A DNA stretch of 64,000 nt from an uncultured Actinomycetota bacterium (GTDB lineage Bacteria > Actinomycetota > Actinomycetes > JAHEKZ01). The DNA is taken from the NCBI GenBank assembly GCA_963718235.1, contig CAVQYR010000001.1, positions 1,408,001 through 1,472,000 of the forward strand, written 5' to 3'. Position numbers and translations under genes: made by a program. Of this stretch, positions 61,094-64,000 are shown in pieces. Numbering within the stretch: position 1 is the stretch's first letter; every line of letters starts with the position of its first letter. The notes beneath the pieces are model-generated. The model had not been told where the DNA came from. It did no database searches and saw nothing but the letters and a program-made list of their open reading frames with translations.

Positions 61094-61567
61094 ATGGAAC
61101 GTGACGACCTCGGCTCCTGGCTGTCCGGCCCGCGAGCGGCGGCGGAGTCGGCTGGGGTCGACCTGGGCTACCCGGGGCAGCGCCTCGGCCTGCCCCCACA
61201 CGGTCCGGGGTCGGTGGCCGGGTGGGGACGCCGGTTCGTCGCCCTCTTCGTCGACTGGCTGGTCGCCACCGGGATCACCATGCTCTTCCTGCCCGACGTC
61301 GAGCCCTCGAGCCTCGGGTACAGCTTGACCGTGCTGGGCGTCTTCGCCGTCGAGGTGGGGCTGCTCACGGCCCTGCAGCACGCCAGCTTCGGACAGCGGG
61401 TCATGGGTCTGCGCGTGGTGCCCCTAGCCAGCCCGTCACTTCGCGCCGTCCAGGCGATCCTGCGCACGGTACTGGTCGCCACGGTGCTGCCGGCCCTGCT
61501 CTACGACCGAGACCGGCGCGGTCTGCCCGACTACGCGGCGAAGACGGTCCTGGTCACCACCCGTTGA
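61094..61567 (+). CDS. RDD family membrane protein
   Basis: GSWLSG, YPGQRLGLP..GPGS.A.WGRR..A..VDW, DRDRRGL; conserved neighbour of glnA; leaderless TACCGT-N6-ATG. Confidence 0.9.
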   Translation: MERDDLGSWLSGPRAAAESAGVDLGYPGQRLGLPPHGPGSVAGWGRRFVALFVDWLVATGITMLFLPDVEPSSLGYSLTVLGVFAVEVGLLTALQHASFGQRVMGLRVVPLASPSLRAVQAILRTVLVATVLPALLYDRDRRGLPDYAAKTVLVTTR

Positions 61568-61590
61568 GCGCGCCGGACTAGGGTCCTCGG

Positions 61591-62427
61591 ATGGCCGGGT
61601 GGTACCAGGAGGCGCTCGTCGCAACGGGGCGCTCGGCTGCACTCTGGCTGCTGATCGGCTTCCTGGTCACCTTCGGCGCCACGCGGTGGATCACCCTGCG
61701 GATCCGGGCGCGCGAGGCCTGCGACGAGGGCGAGGCTGACGCCAGGGGTGCCATCAAGGACGTGTACATCGGCGGGGTGCACATCCACCACCAGGTCTGG
61801 GGGATCCTGCTCGTGCTGGTCGTCGGGCTGCTGGAGTTCCGCTTTCGCCCCGACTCACCGTGGCAGGAGGTCCTGGCCGCCTTGTTCGGCGTGGGCGCGG
61901 CGCTGGCCCTGGACGAGTTCGCCCTGTGGCTGCAGTGGAGGACGTCTACTGGAGCCGAGGAGGGCCGCAAGTCGATCGACGCCGTCATGGTGGCGCTCGT
62001 CGTCGGGGTCGCGCTGCTGCTAGGCACCTCGCCGATCGGCCTGGATGCCGGCACCGTGGAGACCAACGGTCTGCTGTTCGCCTCGGCCGCGGTGGTGCTG
62101 CACATCTCCTACACGATCGTCTGTCTGCTCAAGGGCAAGCTCGTGACCGGGCTGGTCGGCCTGCCGATCCCGCTGTTGGGGCTGGTGGGGGCCATCCGCC
62201 TCGCCAAGCCGTCGTCGTTCCGGGCCCGACGCTTCTACTCCGAGGCCAAGATGGCGAAGGCGCAGGATCGCGAGCGGCTCGGCACACGCTCCAAGGCGCC
62301 CGGGAGCACGGCGCGACTGCTGTGCTGGAGTCTGCTGAGCGCGGTCAGTGCTTCTTGGTCGACGGGATCACCGACGACTCGTTGCCCGACCCCGACTTCA
62401 GCCGCTTGTCGGCCCGCTTCTCCTTGA
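61591..62427 (+). CDS. Conserved actinobacterial membrane protein (3' end uncertain)
   Basis: GGVHIHHQVWG, LALDEFALW; EDVYW appears in another frame before EGRKSIDAV (two compensating indels near 61935-61960); LLKGK, GAIRLAKP. Confidence 0.75.
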   Translation: MAGWYQEALVATGRSAALWLLIGFLVTFGATRWITLRIRAREACDEGEADARGAIKDVYIGGVHIHHQVWGILLVLVVGLLEFRFRPDSPWQEVLAALFGVGAALALDEFALWLQWRTSTGAEEGRKSIDAVMVALVVGVALLLGTSPIGLDAGTVETNGLLFASAAVVLHISYTIVCLLKGKLVTGLVGLPIPLLGLVGAIRLAKPSSFRARRFYSEAKMAKAQDRERLGTRSKAPGSTARLLCWSLLSAVSASWSTGSPTTRCPTPTSAACRPASP

Positions 62428-62479
62428 TCGACTTGCCCGACTTCTTCGACATCGACTGGCGTGGCGACTTGTCGCCCAT
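62345..62479 (-). CDS. 44-aa lysine/serine-rich small protein (below the ORF track cut-off)
   Basis: MGDKSPRQSMSKKSGKSIKEKRADKRLKSGSGNESSVIPSTKKH*; GAGGGAG RBS; TACTGT -10 upstream; strong GC3 codon bias. Confidence 0.75.
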   Translation of the reverse strand: MGDKSPRQSMSKKSGKSIKEKRADKRLKSGSGNESSVIPSTKKH

Positions 62480-62585
62480 GGTGGCTCCCTCATCCGGGAG
62501 TCTGGACGGCTCCGTCAGTGCGACAGTACGCCCTACCCGTCGAGAAGCGGGTCATTCCGATGGCCGCGGCTCCACGTTCGACGGG

Positions 62586-63251
62586 TCAGCTTGGGGTTAG
62601 GTCGGTCGGTGTCGGGTGCAACAGCAGGCGCTGCCACGCGTCGGCCAGCCAGTCGGCGTAGTGCCGGGGGGTCGACCCGCGCTGCTGCACCAACAGCAGG
62701 TACAGCTCGGCTGAGTTGGTGGCCCAGATGACGTCGGCAGCCTCCTCGGCCGGGACGGCGAGGTCTCCGGTCTCGGCGAGCTCTGCCGCCAGCCGGCGCA
62801 TGTTGGCCGCCCGACGCTCGGTGATCTCGTGCCACAGGTCGGCGAGCTGCGGTTCGGCCGACGATGCGGCCTGGAGCACGGTCACCAGCGGCGCAAGCCG
62901 CGCATGGAGCGTCGGCAGGACGTGCGCATAGATGGTGAGCTTGCCGTTGGCGGTGGGCTCGGCGTGGATGCGCCGCACGTACTCGCGCTCCTCCGCCGGT
63001 ACCGCGTCGTCCTGACCTGAGATCGCGGTCTCGATGAGCAGCCGGAACAGCGCGGGCTTGCGGCCGACCAGCTCGTACACCGTGTCGACCGCGACGTCGG
63101 CCCGGTCGGCCACGGCGGCCATCGTCGTGCCGAGGTACCCGTGCTCCACGAACATCGCCCGTGCGGTCTCGAGGACCCTCGCCCGACGTTGCTCGGACGC
63201 GGAGCGTCTTCGGCTGTTGTCGTACCCGCGAGGCTTGACGAGGTCGGTCAT
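62586..63251 (-). CDS. TetR/AcrR-family transcriptional regulator
   Basis: R.Y.NSRR, FVEHGY..TTM..VA.RA.VA..TVY...G.K HTH; AGGAG RBS. Confidence 0.9.
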   Translation of the reverse strand: MTDLVKPRGYDNSRRRSASEQRRARVLETARAMFVEHGYLGTTMAAVADRADVAVDTVYELVGRKPALFRLLIETAISGQDDAVPAEEREYVRRIHAEPTANGKLTIYAHVLPTLHARLAPLVTVLQAASSAEPQLADLWHEITERRAANMRRLAAELAETGDLAVPAEEAADVIWATNSAELYLLLVQQRGSTPRHYADWLADAWQRLLLHPTPTDLTPS

Positions 63252-63269
63252 GACTCCTATCTTATTTCT

Positions 63270-63288
63270 ATCCGAAGTACTTCCGGAT
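63270..63288. promoter_or_regulatory. Probable TetR operator in the divergent promoter
   Basis: atccgaagtacttccggat, one G short of the perfect palindrome ATCCGGAAGTACTTCCGGAT, in an AT-rich 55-bp spacer. Confidence 0.55.
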
Positions 63289-63306
63289 CAATTCTGGAGG
63301 ACCAAG

Positions 63307-63613
63307 ATGTATGCCTTCGAACAAGACGTGCCGATCGACGCAGCGGTGTACGCACGGATCACCGACGGCCTGGGGGCCACGCCTCCCGACGGGCTCCTGG
63401 CCCACATCGCCCTCGAGCGCGCGGACGGGCACTTGTACTACCTGGACGTGTGGCAGAGCCGGGAGGACGACCGGACACCGAGAGCGACTGCACGCCGTGG
63501 TCGGGCCGGTGCTGGCGGGGGCCGGAGTCCGCGTTGACGAGGATCCAGCCCGGCGCACGGTCACGGTCGTCGACCTGTGGGGCGAGGCGTTTCCGCGTCG
63601 GGCCACCGTCTGA
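63307..63613 (+). CDS. Small hypothetical protein, ABM/dimeric alpha-beta barrel-like (apparent frameshift near 63470)
   Basis: GGAGG RBS; PDGLLAH..., YLDVWQSRED, continuing RERLHAVV...VDLWG in a second frame. Confidence 0.6.
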
Positions 63614-63621
63614 AGGGGTGC

Positions 63622-64000
63622 TCAGCGGGGCATCTTCGGCATGCGTGAGCCCTTGGGCAGCGGACCCTTGGGGATCGGGAGCATCCCCTGGGTGCTCTCC
63701 AGTGACTTCAGCCGCTTGTTGACCTCACGGACCTGGGCCTGGGTCAGCGCCCTCGGAAGCTTCTGCACCGCCCGGACCAGCTTCGGCAAGGGGGTGAGCC
63801 CCTCTCCCTCGCCGACGATGAACTCGTGGACGGGGGCTTCCGGTGCCACCCGGCTCACCCGCTTCTTCTCCTGGATCATGAGGTGCTTCACCCGGTTGGG
63901 CTGCCCCTCGCCGATGAGCACGACGCCCGGTCGGCCGGTGGCCCGGCTGATGTAGGACTGGTAGCGGTCGACGGCGACGGCCGGTGTGGTCGTCCAGCCG
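63622..64000 (-). CDS. DUF4191 family protein (3' part; 5' end outside the window)
   Basis: GW...PAVA..., GRPGVVLIGEG, VGEGEG..PL.KL, PIPKGPLP; usual position near RDD-glnA. Confidence 0.88.
   Translation of the reverse strand, partial: GWTTTPAVAVDRYQSYISRATGRPGVVLIGEGQPNRVKHLMIQEKKRVSRVAPEAPVHEFIVGEGEGLTPLPKLVRAVQKLPRALTQAQVREVNKRLKSLESTQGMLPIPKGPLPKGSRMPKMPR

Noticed and set aside
1-64000. CRISPR array, rRNA, tRNA, integrase or transposase
   Set aside because: No regularly spaced direct repeats, no recognisable RNA gene sequence and no DDE or tyrosine/serine recombinase motifs seen

Overview
High-GC actinobacterial chromosome segment. It carries the conserved DUF4191-RDD-glnA neighbourhood, a tandem GlnR box and many apparently leaderless genes. 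Several genes are broken by single-base indels, most likely long-read or assembly errors. Left part: MFS-tdh-kbl, an MFS-cNMP fusion, a NYN protein, an NAD-linked formate dehydrogenase operon (fdsGBAD-like), an ABC-F ATPase, a DAO/SoxB-like oxidoreductase and an S9 peptidase. At 18-28 kb: a DeoR-regulated ABC sugar cluster (SIS/AgaS-like, GH4, PfkB, GatZ/KbaZ-like) that suggests a PTS-free, aldolase-free route through tagatose-6-phosphate. The most interesting region is 34.7-58.8 kb. A TasA/CalY-like fibre subunit, an atypical SipW and a SipW-cognate LamG-type protein converge on a membrane GGDEF-EAL gene, and both units have sigma28/WhiG-type promoters (TCAA-N16-GCCGATAA and TCAA-N16-GTCGATGA). 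Two paralogous giant secreted beta-propeller/Ig/PKD proteins lie upstream of tasA and bracket a mixed cassette (TY-chaperone, orphan galK, GerMN, TolB-like, GH26-like, STAND adenylate cyclase). I infer a c-di-GMP-linked surface fibre/adhesion system. No rRNA, tRNA, CRISPR array or transposase was recognised. Family calls come from motif recognition by eye, not database searches.
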